From a virus, in the IMG/VR virus record IMGVR_UViG_3300036466_000103, positions 1-64,000 of that record: DNA of 64,000 nucleotides. One strand, written 5' to 3'. A program made the translations under genes and the position numbers. The notes below the pieces were generated by a model. That model was not told the DNA's origin and made no database searches. It saw only the letters and a list, made by a program, of their open reading frames with translations. Positions within the stretch are counted from its first letter, which is position 1, and every line of letters starts with the position of its first letter. Below are positions 63,080-64,000 of this stretch, one piece after another.

Positions 63080-63232
63080 ATGCCACGGCTGTCAAGTGAT
63101 GAATTGAACCATGTTTTTGATGAAGTCGAGTCTGACATTAAAGAAGACTTGAAAGAGTTGCTTTCCTGGTATGACGACAGTGATTGTGGGGACTGGAGGA
63201 ATGAGTGTCTGTATGATGAGGGTGACTATTAA
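63080..63232 (+). CDS. hypothetical acidic protein (50 aa)
   Basis: RBS GGAGAA. TAATG overlap with the next gene. Not in the ORF track. Confidence 0.45.
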   Translation: MPRLSSDELNHVFDEVESDIKEDLKELLSWYDDSDCGDWRNECLYDEGDY

Positions 63233-63516
63233 TGCCCCTTCCCAACAGCATTACGCCCCTGGTACGAAAGACAGTGAACGAATGGCTAGCCAATACAAGC
63301 CTATCAGAGTTTACAGTTGCTGACGTCCTATCAAGCATTGCAAACAATCCAGGCTTAAAAGAGCTTGTGAGTGCATGCAAGTCAGTCTCTAATGAGCTTG
63401 TAAGGCTTGAGACGGCACATAAGCTCATTAGTCGTATGGGTGTGAGGGGCTTTGACGGTTGTGGCGTAGGGCGCACTCCAAGGGTTTACAGAAAGAATAT
63501 GATATTTCGTAAATAG
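63232..63516 (+). CDS. hypothetical basic protein
   Basis: ORF track entry. Confidence 0.55.
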   Translation: MPLPNSITPLVRKTVNEWLANTSLSEFTVADVLSSIANNPGLKELVSACKSVSNELVRLETAHKLISRMGVRGFDGCGVGRTPRVYRKNMIFRK

Positions 63517-63530
63517 TTTGTACAAAAGGC

Positions 63531-63558
63531 TTGACTCATTTTCTAAAGACTGTAAAAT
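63531..63558 (+). promoter_or_regulatory. promoter of the TTTTCTAA-spacer class
   Basis: TTGACT-caTTTTCTAAagactg-TAAAAT, nearly identical to 62571-62598. Confidence 0.65.
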
Positions 63559-63605
63559 CAATTCCAGAAGAGGCGCAAAGCGCTTCAAAAGGAAGGGTAA
63601 TTAAA

Positions 63606-63827
63606 ATGCTGGTAGCCACTCAAGATATCCTGAGCCGTACCCTCAAGCTTTCATCGAAAGCAAACAACTTATCTAAGGTGAATCAAATGGAACTTTGCGC
63701 ATGTGGTTGTGGTTACACTATCCCTACCGTTGGTGAGATTCCTGAGTATAATGGTGAATTGTATGCTTATTGGGAATGCGTAGAACATGATCAAGAACTA
63801 GAGTTTGATGCTGAAAACTCGCTATAA
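63606..63827 (+). CDS. hypothetical Cys-containing protein (73 aa)
   Basis: ATG 63606. Contains CACGCG and WEC. Confidence 0.55.
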   Translation: MLVATQDILSRTLKLSSKANNLSKVNQMELCACGCGYTIPTVGEIPEYNGELYAYWECVEHDQELEFDAENSL

Positions 63828-63831
63828 TATA

Positions 63832-63857
63832 AGCCCCTTCATTGGGGCTTTTCTTTT
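63832..63857 (+). terminator. rho-independent terminator (reiterated cassette)
   Basis: AGCCCCTTCATTGGGGCTTTTCTTTT. Confidence 0.75.
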
Positions 63858-63890
63858 GCCCAAAATAAACCTAAACCCATAAAACAGTTG

Positions 63891-63918
63891 TTGACATACT
63901 GCACAACAATGCTAAGCT
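63891..63918 (+). promoter_or_regulatory. sigma70-type promoter
   Basis: TTGACA-16 nt-TAAGCT, preceded by AAAACAGTTG as at 62150. Confidence 0.55.
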
Positions 63919-64000
63919 AACAATGTGAAAGCAAAGTATACAAAAGGCTAAAGCCGACAGCCGCGAAGCTGCCGACATTTCTTAATTAATTTGAGGTGTG

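Noticed and set aside
1-64000. Lysogeny or mobile-element functions (integrase, repressor/Cro switch, transposase, att sites), and reverse transcriptase/retron or toxin-antitoxin modules.
   Set aside because: No Tyr/Ser-recombinase, DDE, RT (YxDD) or recognisable TA motifs were seen in any frame. The organisation is that of a virulent phage, although the remainder of the genome is not visible.

Overview
The window is a contiguous, almost fully coding stretch of a tailed dsDNA phage genome (siphovirus type). Its promoters, terminators and lipobox suggest a Gram-negative host with sigma70-like transcription. Layout: (i) 1-22.6 kb, + strand: a lambda-like morphogenesis module (portal, S49 protease/scaffold, decoration, gpE-like capsid, connectors, tube, G/GT chaperones with a -1 frameshift, tape measure, M-L-K-I-J tip complex, tail fibre and its chaperone), followed by a lysis cassette (SAR endolysin, pinholin, overlapped spanins). 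(ii) 22.7-25.4 kb, - strand: an isolated leftward operon encoding a UvrD-like SF1 helicase and five small proteins. (iii) 25.4-26.3 kb: about 0.9 kb of non-coding control region with divergent promoters and a roughly 600-nt ORF-less transcribed segment. (iv) 26.3-59.6 kb, + strand: early and middle genes. These include many small ORFs, an orphan C5-cytosine methyltransferase, a T7-like replisome (gp4-like primase-helicase, family A DNA polymerase, acidic-tailed SSB-like protein, gp6-like exonuclease) and nucleotide metabolism genes (MazG-like, DUF5664-like, ThyX, two glutaredoxin-like proteins, NrdA, NrdB). (v) 59.65-60.4 kb: an array of six direct iterons plus divergent promoters. (vi) 60.4-64 kb: short, strongly promoted cistrons separated by reiterated terminator-promoter cassettes. 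The most notable observation is a pair of related, ORF-less, T4-td-like group I introns. One splits the portal gene, an unusual structural-gene target. The other splits the DNA polymerase immediately before the catalytic HDE motif and has a free-standing HNH endonuclease gene directly downstream. Seven homing-endonuclease-like genes or remnants accompany them. No tRNA, rRNA, CRISPR array, integrase or transposase was recognised. All functional calls rest on motifs and synteny read by eye; no database search was run.
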